A stretch of DNA of 64,000 nt, taken from contig CM119270.1 in NCBI GenBank assembly GCA_051294375.1, forward strand, positions 2,105,320-2,169,319, read 5' to 3'. This DNA comes from Paraspadella gotoi (taxonomy: Eukaryota > Animalia > Chaetognatha). Below the pieces are notes generated by a model. It was not told the origin of the DNA. It saw only the letters and a list, made by a program, of their open reading frames with translations, and did no database searches. Numbering within the stretch: position 1 is the stretch's first letter; every line of letters begins with the position of its first letter. The translations under genes and the position numbers were made by a program. Shown in pieces: positions 1-11,689 of the stretch.

Positions 1-961
1 CAGGCACAGCCGCCACCCGCCGCCGCCGCCGCCGCCGCCGCCACCCGCCGCCGCTGCCACCGGCCGCCCGCCGCCCCGAGTCTTCCAAATTTCCACGCAG
101 AAGATTTTTTTCTTGGAACGAGGAAGCAATTCTGGAGGCGGTCGTCTACCAGAAGTGGCGAAGATGAAGGAAAAAAAGGAGAGAAACCAGAGTGACGATG
201 ATATTGATGATTTGATGAATATGATGATGATACTGTTGATGACCACGACTATGATCATCATAATGACGACAATGATGAGATGATGATGACCTAAATGATT
301 GTTTTAATAACGTCATTATGATGATTGTGATGATAATGACAAAGTTGAAGTTTTCCGACGATGATGATGATAATTAATATGGGTGATATTATATGACGAT
401 GATAAAGTTGATGATCGTGATTATGATGATAGTGATTAGAAAATTGACAAAGTTTTGTTTGCAACGAATTTTATTTAAGTTTGAACAGACAATGTTTCGA
501 CTTGTTTTACAAGTCTTCATCAGTGTTTTATAGTGATAAAAAAGAACACGTCAATGATTATGTCGAGGATAGTGATTGTTGATGATAAAACTGATATGAC
601 GATGATTATGAAGATGATGACTTAGAGGATAATGAGGATTTTTGTGACGAAAAAAGTGAATATTGACAAGCGGATGACAAAAAATATTACAAGGAAGTTT
701 GGAAAAGAAACCAGATACTTGACACTTGTTGGCGGGAGTTGTCAGAGAGAAAAAAAAGAGAAAAAAAAAACCAAATTCCATTGTGTCACGATTTCTTTGT
801 GACTGGACGACCACGACGAACAACGACGACGACAATGATGATGACGACGACAACAACGATGAGGACGACAATGACGACGACGACGACGACGACGACGAGA
901 AATGTCGAGAATCGCGAGACCCAAAAAATTGCTGAATCGTTTGGAGGATGAGAGTGGATGA

Positions 962-1038
<77 letters not shown>

Positions 1039-1257
1039 AGAGAGAGAAGAGAGAGAGAGAGAGAAGAGAAGAGAGATCAAATTCATAACTTCTTCATTTA
1101 TTGTTGTTTTAACTCTACGACATTCTACTTTTCGTTTTTCGGAAAAGACAATTTTGTCAACATATAAAGATTAAAACAGACAGAAAGACAGACTGACAAA
1201 CCGATCGACCTCGCGAACCTAAATTCACAGATGTGATGCATGGGTCTAGCGAAGAAT
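1..1257 (+). repeat. Direct re-copy of 2968-4355 (likely assembly duplication)
   Basis: Same sequence order (CCG repeat, GAT/GAC tract, AG tract, ...CACAGATGTGATGCATGGG). The 2968-4355 copy differs mainly by single-base insertions, and this copy ends at a 25-N spacer. Confidence 0.9.
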
Positions 1258-1663
1258 NNNNNNNNNNNNNNNNNNNNNNNNNTGTTGAAGAGAATTAGGG
1301 AAGTGTTGGGAGCTCACAGATGGAGTTTCTTGTTCATGTTCAGTTGTCTTTTATAATATTATTAATTATGTTACGAAATTGAAGAGCGAGGAAACGCAAT
1401 TAGTTTTTTATTATTAATCTTCTTTTGATAAATTTCATTTTTCGTTCTTAACTATGTTTAATTAAAAACTGCAACAAATCTTTAATCTGGTGGGTAGTTG
1501 GGGGGGAGAGGCGGGGGAGGTGGGATGGGTGATGGGAGGAAATCATATAAAAAATTGATCAGTGGATCCGGTGACCCAAAATCATTGGAGGCATGACCTC
1601 TACTTTATTCTTGCTCCTCTTATCTCTCTCTTCTCTCTCTCTCTCTCCTCTCTTGCTCTCTCC

Positions 1664-1718
<55 letters not shown>

Positions 1719-1880
1719 TCTCTCTCTCTCCTCTCTCTCTACTCTCTCTCTTTTTTTAAATAACAGCATTCATACCATCAGCTTTTTCATGCTCTGAGTA
1801 TAAAAAAAATAAGCGAACTAAAAATTGCAAATTTTTCGTCAAAATTCGCAGTTGAGATTTTTTTTTTTTTTTTTTTGATT

Positions 1881-1926
<46 letters not shown>

Positions 1927-2655
1927 GACGAGAAGAGAGAGAGGAGGAGAAGAAGAGGAGAGAGAGAGGGAGAGAGGAGACGAGAGGAACCCTAGGAATT
2001 TTAGTTGCCATCCATATATACCGCCATCTGTTGGGATGAGAACACGAAAGTGGAAAGGAAATTCTGAATCATTACGCGTTTTATACAGACAAAAGACACT
2101 CGAGGGAGCGGATAATTGGGATTTATGACGAGCGAACATGTTGGCTCAGCTCTGAGGAGTGTGTTTTAACTCTTTTATTTTTCGTTTAGATTATTGATTT
2201 ATTTGATCAATTACCAATTCAGTTGAATTTTTTTTCTTGAAGCTGAATTTTAAAAATAATGAAAATAAATAAACATAAGACAGCGATTTAAAAAAAAAAC
2301 CAGTTCTTGCCGTTATAAAAAGCGGTGAGCTGCCAGCTCCGCCATTTCAACCACACGGTGTCTTGATTTTTGTGACTCTGAGGCCGTGAAAGCGAATTTC
2401 GAGATTGTCTTTGTGATGTCAGTCCAGTGATAACTCAGCGTATGACATTTCAATCATTGATATCACTCTTTCATCGTCTTTATGTTTCACTGGGGAAACA
2501 AAATAACTTTTTTTAGTTCCTTAGTTTTTTACTTTTTATGGTGAATGATATACAATTTCATACCTGTGAGAGTAATTATGAATAGAATTGTACGAATCCA
2601 TTCACAGAACTCTCACTGCGTCTCTTCTCTCTCTCTCTCTCTTCTCTCTCTCTCC

Positions 2656-2704
<49 letters not shown>

Positions 2705-2765
2705 GAACATCGGTCAAAGATCAAAGATAACAAACGAGACTCTCTGTAGGAAAAGCGGAGACCGC

Positions 2766-2850
<85 letters not shown>

Positions 2851-4058
2851 AGAGAGAGAGTGCAATTGCCATAGTGCCATCATACTGCCGTGCCATCAAT
2901 TGCCATCTTCTCGACGGATCTTCTATCATAGTTAATTCGAAGAGAAGCGACCAGCGCAGCCGCAGCAGCGCACAGCCGCCACCCGCCGCCGCCCCGCCGC
3001 CGCCCGCCGCACCCGCCGCCCCCGCGCCTGGCCGACCCCCCCACACCAGCCGGCCCCGCCCCCCGAGTCTACCAAAGTTCCACGCAAGAGATAATTTTTT
3101 TCTTTTTTCTGGAACGGGGAAGCAGATATGCAATTCTGAGGAGGCGCTGCGTCCGTAACCAGAAGTGGCGAAGAGAATGAAGAAAAAAAGGAGAGAAACC
3201 GAAGTGACGATGATATTGATGATTGTATGATGAATATGATGATGATACTGTTGATGACCACGACTATGATCATCTTAATGACCGACAATGATGAGATGAT
3301 GATGACCTAAATGATTGTTTTAATAACTCATTATGATGATTGTGAGATAATGACAAAAGTTGAAGTTTTCCGACGATGATGATGATATAATAATATGGGT
3401 GATAATTATGATGACGATGATAAAGTTGATGAATCGTGATTATGATGATATGGATTAGAGAAATTGACAAAGTTTTGTTTTGGCAACGAATTTATTATAT
3501 AGTTGTTGAACAGACATGTTTCGACTTGTTTTACAAGTCTTCTTCATGTTTTATAAGTGAAAATAAAAAAGAACACGTCAATGATTATGTTCGAGGATAG
3601 TGATTGTGTATGATAAAACTGATATGACGATGATTCATGAAGATGATGACTTAGAGGATAATGACGATTTTTGTTGACGAAAAGTGAATATTGACAAGGG
3701 GATGACAAAAAAGTATACAAGGAAAGTTTGTTGGAAAAGAAAAACCAGATACTTGACACTTGTTGGCGGGCAGTTGTCAGAGAGAAAAAAAAGAGAAAAA
3801 AAAAAACCAAATTCCATTGTGTTCACGATTTCTTTGTGACTGGAACGACCACGACGAACAACGACGACGACAATGGATGATGACCGACGAAAAACAACGA
3901 TATGAGGACGACAATGCGACGGACGACGACGACGACGACGACGAAAATGTCCGATGGCCGAACCCGAACAAATTGCTGAATCGTTTGGAGGATGGAGTGA
4001 GAGTGGATTGATAAAAAATTGAAGAGAGAGAGAGAGGAGAGAGAGAGAGAGGAGAGAG

Positions 4059-4097
<39 letters not shown>

Positions 4098-5197
4098 GGA
4101 GAGAGAGAGACACGAGATGGAAGAGAGAGACGATGAGAGAGGAGAAAAGAGGAGAGTATCACAAATTCATAACTTCTTCAATTTATTTGTAGTTTACTCT
4201 ACAACATTCTACTCTTTCGTTCTTCTCGGAAAAGACATTTTGTCAACATATAAAGATTAAAAACAGACCCACGAAAGACAGACTGACAAAGCCGATCGAC
4301 CTCCCGAACCTAAAATTCACAGATGTGATGCATGGGGTCTGAGCGCGAAGGAATCATTAAGAAACATTTCCATTTTCATTTGAGAAAGGGAGAGAGCTAA
4401 TGAGGAAAGACGAGAGAGAGACGAGAGGAGGAGAGAGAGAGAGAGAGAGAGAGATATCTTCCATCTGCGCTGCGCAGTAACTGTGATAAAAACGATTTTC
4501 GCCTTCAAACGCGTCAAGACGATTTGCATACATTTTTTACCGGAATAAAAGGTCACACATAACGAGTTCACACATAAAGTTGAGAGACGGAGACTTGAAG
4601 TAAAGATTTTTCACCGAAGAGAATCACGTTTGGACTCAAATCTTCGGGTCTCACGTTTGGATTATAAATTTGTGAAGGTGATTCGTGGTGCAAAGATTTC
4701 GAGAGGTAACGATAATGGACAGATCACATTACGTCGCACGTCACCTTTCACTCGGCCAATGTACCAAAAATCATCATCAGATAGTATTTATAGTATTATA
4801 TAGTTTACTATGTAATAAAATATGTTGTGTACGCAACATCGAGAAATCACAGTTACTTGTTCTTTTCACACAGATGTCAAAATCTATCTCGTGACTTAAG
4901 CTCACATCTCGGGCATTTAGGGCCTCAGCAAAAAAAAATTCAGCGTCTCACCCGTGAAAGAACATCTTCCATCTTACGTACAACGTAACATATAACATCT
5001 CACACCTCACTATTAACTTCCCACGTTTCTCATCTCACATCTCACATCTCACTTCTCACAGTTCACGGAGAAAAACCCTGGGAAGGAATCGAGAATGAAA
5101 AATGCAAAGGAGAAAGGAGATTCTGTGAGCAGAAGGACGTTGAAGAGACAGGAGAGAGAGAGAGAGAGAGAGCGAAGATGAGAAAGAGCGAAGAGAT

Positions 5198-5268
<71 letters not shown>

Positions 5269-6314
5269 TAGAGTTATAGAATCTTAAAAAAATCCCACTT
5301 TTTTTTCTCTCGAATGTGTCAAATGCTAACTCGTAGCATTTGCCACGAAGGGAGAGAGATAGAAAAAAAACTTTGCGAACATAATCAAATATTTATTTCT
5401 TTTTTATCGAGCAATGACCGGCGAAGCTTCGGGGTCAGGCTCCTATAATGTTTTAGGGATTGCTCTCTTTTGTGACGTCGCTCGTCGTGTCGTCGTCGTC
5501 ACGCCTGTTTTCATATATTAAAAACACTACTACGCTTTATCAGGTTTGGCTGTGGACTTAACCGTTTTTCTTTTTAAAATAAAAATTTATGTATCGAATT
5601 ATGATAAAGTTTTTACAAAAAGTTGTGCGATATAGTAAGTGTTACAAAATTCAGACTTATTGGCTTTTCATCTTGAAAAATAGCTGTGATTCTTTTCATA
5701 TTACATGGATTTAGTATTTTTTGTGTTGAATTATCCACTTCATTATGATTTACTGCCAATATGCAATATGGAAATTATAGGTACTCATTTATATATCCAA
5801 ATTGTAGTAATAGTAAATGCCTTTAAGCATTTTACATATTGCAGTATATTAATATGAAGCATCGAAATTCAAAAATTTTTTTTTAACATTTCTATAAAAT
5901 GGGAACTCAAAGACTCTTTTAATGAGAAAGCTATATTCTAATTTTCAATACAAATAATAAATAAATATCTTTACAAGCTGCGATTGGAAAAAATTCGGAA
6001 AAGTTTTCCAATTGTTTAAAACCATGTGTAACATTTTTGCCTTTCTTTTTATTTTTTTTTCAATTATATATATTTTTTTTTAGGCGCTTCGCCTTTTCTG
6101 AATCGTTTTAAAAACGAGTTTATTTTCTCTCTGTCTCTCTTTGTGTGCGATCTCTTGCTGTGATCGTTGCGTTTTTTTGAACAAATTGCTGATTCTATTT
6201 TTCTTCTAAAAAAATATACTATTAGTGATCAGGGCGCTTGCCTTTTCTGGAAGTGCTTTTAAAACGAAAACCGACGATTCAGGCTCTCCTCTCTTCTCCC
6301 TCCGTCTCCCTCCG

Positions 6315-6346
<32 letters not shown>

Positions 6347-7029
6347 TTACCAATAAAAAAAATCTAGTCACGTTGCTTTTACCACCCCGTATTTTCCGAA
6401 ATTCTTTTAATCTATTTCTTTCCTTCTAAAAACTTTTATTATCCCATATCTATTCCGCCGCTTTCTTTCTCAATGCACAAAATCCAAATTTTACATCTCT
6501 GAGATTTCTTGATCTTTTTTTTGAAGCAAAATGTGAAGAAAACCTTACTTGACCTGCGATTTCGTGGCCGCTTCGGCGGCGAGGGGCCAACGAGCTACAA
6601 ACCAATGATCAGGAACATGACCCTGNNNNNNNNNNNNNNNNNNNNNNNNNTGGTCGGTTTCACAATGACTAAACTCCGTAGCAACTTTGCCACGAAGGAG
6701 AGATAGAAGAAGATGCAACATGAAAAAATTATTACTTTATCGGAGCAGAGGGGAACTGAGAGATAGAAAAAAAAAAACTTTGCGAACATAATCAAAATAT
6801 TTATTTATTTTTTTTTTTTTTTGGTTTTTTGGGAAATAATCTCCATGGAAAAGTCGTGTGTGATTTTTTTGTGCCATCTTGTTGTTGTTGTTGTTGTTGT
6901 TTTGTCGTCGTCGTCGTCAACATCGTCTACATAATCACTTCCCATTATTCCGAGCGTTTTCCTCTGGCTCTTTGCTCTAGTATAAATGCTTTTTCATCGC
7001 ATAGCTTGTTGTCGTGTATGATTTTTGTC

Positions 7030-7092
7030 AGAGAGGGAGAGAAGAGAGAGAAGAGAGAGAGAGATGAGAGGAGAAGAGAGAGATAGAGAGAG

Positions 7093-7131
<39 letters not shown>

Positions 7132-7415
7132 AGAAAAGACAGTAGATGAGAGAGATAGAGAGAGAGAGACTGAGAGAGAGAGAGAAGAGAGATGAGAGAG
7201 AGAGAAGAGAGAGAAGAGAGAAAAGGGAAAAAGAAAGAAAAATTCTTTTTTTATTTTTTTAAAGAGAAAAACGGAGAAATAGACGAATAGAATGCCAGCA
7301 GAGAGAGGAATAGAGAAGAGATGAAGGAGAGGAGAGAGAAGAAGAGAGAAGAGGAGAGCATGAGGAGAGCATGGATTAGGAGAGAGAGATAGAGATGAGA
7401 TGAGAGAGTAGAGAG

Positions 7416-7446
<31 letters not shown>

Positions 7447-7679
7447 GAGAGAGATGGATTACGGAGAGATGAGACAGAGAGAGAAGAGGATGAAGAGAGA
7501 GAGAGATTGAGATGAAGAGAAGGAGTAGAGAGAGAGAGAGATAGAGAGAAAGAGAGAGAGAGGAGAGAAGAATACGAGAGAGATGAGAAGAGAGAGGAGA
7601 GAGAAGAGAGGAGAGAGATTAGAGAGAGAGAGAAAGAGAGTTGAGGAGAGGAGAGAGAGAGAGATGAGACGAGATAGAG

Positions 7680-7739
<60 letters not shown>

Positions 7740-7912
7740 AGGAGAGAGAGAGAGTAGAGAGAGAGAGATAGAGAGAGAGAGAGAAGAGAGAAGATAGAGA
7801 GAGAGAGAGAGGAGAGAGAGAGAGCAGATAGAGAGGAGAGATAAGAGAGAGAGGAGAGAGAGAGGAGAGAAGAGAGAGAAGAGAGAGAGAGAGAGAGAAG
7901 AGAGAGAGAGGA
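7030..7912. repeat. ~0.9 kb interrupted (AG)n tract
   Basis: Almost pure A/G with scattered single-base interruptions, consistent with a long microsatellite read by an error-prone long read. Confidence 0.9.
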
Positions 7913-8139
7913 GCAGTTGCGGTTCATTATCCTCGTTCTGGGAATGAACTTCCGTTGCTGTTAGTCGCGTTCATTAAAAATGATGCGGGACTTAATTTAA
8001 ATAAATTTAAACAAAATTAAAAAAAGATTTATATAATACTTTTGATCCTTTTTTAATAAAATATGTTGACAAAATGAAACGTATCAAAGAATGAGGGAGT
8101 TGGTTGAACCTGCAAAGCGCAATACTCTTTACAAATCAC

Positions 8140-8200
<61 letters not shown>

Positions 8201-8203
<3 letters not shown>

Positions 8204-8603
8204 AATATTATGTCTCGATACGGTATGCTTGAATGTGGTAAAAACTTCAAAGGCTCTCTTCCAGAACAGTGCGGGTTCTGTAAAGTTCAAGACGACGAAA
8301 AATGGAAGCACATAAACATTTTTACAGAAAAAGATAAAACGCCATTTGAGTTTATCTTTTTAAATAACAGTGAAAAATTACATTTAACTATTGATAAAGT
8401 AACTTCTGTGTGGAACATAAAAAACGGAAACGGTTTAATGATAACTCAATGACGAATTTAAATTACTTTTATACTTGTAATTTATGTAGACTTAATACCT
8501 TTTTTTTGTTTGTACATAAATTTATTTACCGCTCTGTAACAATATGTTTTGTTAATGTGTTAACTGTCACATTTTTGAGCATTACATATCAAAATCAGTC
8601 AAA
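8201..8603 (+). mobile_element. 5'-truncated non-LTR retrotransposon (LINE) 3' end: C-terminus of an RT ORF plus 3' UTR
   Basis: ORF 8210-8452 (MSRYGMLECGKNFKGSLPEQCGFCKVQDDE...VWNIKNGNGLM) resembles, from memory and not from a search, the Cys-rich C-terminus of invertebrate LINE RT proteins (RxGMLECGxNFKG..CxxC..DDE). The His/Cys residues expected after DDE are missing. It is bounded on both sides by (CT)n tracts. Confidence 0.55.
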
Positions 8604-8619
8604 TCTCTCTTTCTCTCTT

Positions 8620-8675
<56 letters not shown>

Positions 8676-8944
8676 TCACTTTCCAATTCCCACCTTGTTA
8701 TCAAAAAAATCGGGTCCCCAGTAATAAATTTCGGATTCTTTTGCGGAATGAATCAGTGATCCTTGAAAATGAAAGAAAAAAGCTGTGGAAAAAAGGAAAA
8801 GAAATAAGGAAAAGAAATAAGGAAAAGAAATAAGGAAAAGAAATTGGATGAAAGTTGAGACGCGGAAATTGTAGAAACTAAGATAGAAAGATGGAAAGAA
8901 AGATAGAGAGAAAGAAAGAAAGAAAGAAAGAAAAGACAGAAATA

Positions 8945-8988
<44 letters not shown>

Positions 8989-9164
8989 AAAGACAGAAAT
9001 AAAAACAGAAATAACAGAAAGAAAGAAAGAAAACGAAAGTGAGACGGTATAAAATTCGCTTCTTCACATTGACTTTGCCTTGACTCGGTCCTAACTCGGG
9101 ATTACGACGGTTTTGAGTTTCGCCTTGCCACGCCTCCTTCGCCCGGCGTCTCTCNNNNNNNNNN

Positions 9165-9199
<35 letters not shown>

Positions 9200-9364
9200 C
9201 CGAGAATCTTCATCTTTTGATGTCAGTTTCGTTTCCTTGACGAGATTTTCTTGTTTGTCTTTCATCTTTCTTTCTTTTTCTCAGAATTTCCTTCCATTTC
9301 TAGATCCTTTAGTCGCGAAGAACATTTTTCCTTTGATGAATATATTTTTTTCATTTGCTGGCCT

Positions 9365-9690
9365 TACCTTTCCTTGCCTACACTTCCTCACTTTGCCAAC
9401 ACTTTCCTACTTTACCCACACTTACCTTCTTTGTCCACTTTTACCCGCTTTACCCACGTTTCCCCACATTGCCCATAATTTTCCACTTTGCCAAGACCTT
9501 CCTACTTTGTCCACAATTCTGTGCTTTGCCCACACTTCTCCTTTTTTCCAAGACTTCCCGAATTTGCCTACACTTTCCCACGTTGTCCATACTTCCTTTC
9601 TTTACCCACACTTTCCAACATTGCCAACACTTCCCTACTTCGCCCACACTTCTCTTCTTTACCCACACTTCCCCACTTTGCCAAGATTTT
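9365..9690. repeat. 19-bp minisatellite, about 17 degenerate copies (CCCACACTTCCCTACTTTG)
   Basis: Unit starts at 9605, 9624, 9643, 9662 and 9681. Confidence 0.85.
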
Positions 9691-10009
9691 CCGGCCTTTT
9701 TCTCGTCCCACCTGGATTTCCATCCGCCCGAAGCGGATTTGCAAAATTTCCTTGACCCGATTTCGCCCCAAGGCAGAAAAGGTTCCTTTCATAATTTCAT
9801 CTCGAGATGAATTTTTGCCCTGATCGATTTTATTCAGAATTTATGTGATTTAAAAAATGCACAAGTTGTGCTAGGATATTACAGCTCTGTGAATCATCAT
9901 CGCTTAAAATGTAGATTGAAAGTAGTCAAGCAGTCCAGTAGTCAACTAGCTGTCAACTTGTCTTGTAGTTTACCAAAGTTACACTCGATAAAAGTTGTAG
10001 AAAGGTTTG

Positions 10010-10166
10010 CAGGCAGACAGAATAGTAATCAGACAGACAGTGTGGCCAAGTTGCAGACAGGAAGAGCTCCAGTCATCAAAGCAGCAGTCAGACAGAGTTG
10101 CAGTCAGGCAGAGTTGCACTTAGGCAGAGTTGCAGTCAGCCAGAGTTGCAGTCTGACGCGTTGTAG
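10010..10166. repeat. 16-bp minisatellite (CAGAGTTGCAGTCAGR)
   Basis: CAGAGTTG at 10093, 10109, 10125 and 10141, degenerate upstream. Confidence 0.8.
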
Positions 10167-10280
10167 ATTCCAGTTGAGAAACGAGGTCATCACTCGAGGA
10201 GTCAAATCGTGTGACGATCAGTTTTCTCAGCAGGACAAGAGTCAGAAAAAAACCTCTCTGGTTATCGCTCTCTGGTTTGA

Positions 10281-10333
<53 letters not shown>

Positions 10334-10404
10334 TTCGTTTTTTTCTACTTTTAATTTTCCACCTTTCCTTATTTTTCTTTTTTTCCTTCTTTCTCATTTT
10401 ATTC

Positions 10405-10448
<44 letters not shown>

Positions 10449-10799
10449 TTTCTTTCTTTCTTCTTTCTTTCTTTCTTTCTTTCTTTCTTCTTCTTTTCTT
10501 TCTTTCTTTCTTTTCTTATTTCAATTTTTCTTTCTTTTTTTTCTAATTTTTTTTCTTTCTTTATTTTATATTCTTTTTTTCTTTATTCCTATCTCTTTCT
10601 TTCATGTTATCTTTCTTTCCTTTCTCTTTTTAACTTTAAATCTTACTATCTTTCTTTCCCACCCCGCTTGCTTCGAGGCAACAAAAGCAATTTTAAGCTT
10701 TTAACGGGAGTATTAACCGGGTCTACGTTAGAAATAGAAGAGAGAGAGAAGAAGTCTCTTGAGGACTGTAGAGGAGGTACCATCATGAGAGACGAAGAA

Positions 10800-10842
<43 letters not shown>

Positions 10843-11552
10843 GGAGAGAGAGAGAGAGAGACGAGAGAGAGTTTAGGTTCGTCCTCACGTCATCCTTTTG
10901 TGTCACAATTTTTTTTTCTTTCTCATCCAAACTGGGGTCACACGTTACGCGCATGCGCTCACGTGCAGCGACTCAATATCGAACGTGAATGCGCGTCAGC
11001 CGACGGGAAAGACGCGTCGATTAATCGCTTTTTCCCGATCGGCTTATGATGTGAATTTATCGATTTCCTTGACTTTTAAAAGTAAAGAGACGAAGTCTGG
11101 ATTTCAAGTCTTCATTTACTTTTATAAGATGTATTTTCTTTGGCTTTTTTTCCACCTCCTATACTTTAAAGGTTCGTTAATAATTATAAATACTTTTAAA
11201 TAAATGTATTTATCGATATCGATTAGTATCTATATTGATCACTAAAAACTTAATATTCATCGCGAATCTATGCACATTTTATCCACGAAATTATTTTTTT
11301 TTTCATATTTCTATTTTCGCAATTTTATTTTAATAACTGCACTTTAATAAATCATAGATTTTCATAGACTGTCTGATCGCAAACTGTTTCAAAAGTAAGG
11401 AAAATAAGCAAAGTGCGTGGACACCGAAAAAATACTACGAAACATCCGTACGGAAGCTAAAAAGGTCTCCAGAAAATTCCAGGATTCTAGTTTTCAATAA
11501 ACCACAGGATTTTCTCTTTTTATTCCTTTCGTTTTTTTCATTCCACGTTCCA

Positions 11553-11679
<127 letters not shown>

Positions 11680-11689
11680 TCTTCTCGGC

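Noticed and set aside
6567-6580. GCCGC-TTCG-GCGGC hairpin (cUUCGg tetraloop, terminator or Helitron-end like)
   Set aside because: Only a 5-bp stem, in low-quality sequence next to a gap, with no U-tract or CTRR end.
5330-6810. Repeat of TAGCA..TTTGCCACGAAGG..CTTTGCGAACATAATCAAA at about 5330-5400 and 6670-6810 as LTR-like ends
   Set aside because: The copies sit either side of a 25-N spacer with diverging noisy continuations, which fits overfilled-gap redundancy. No TG..CA termini or internal coding sequence.
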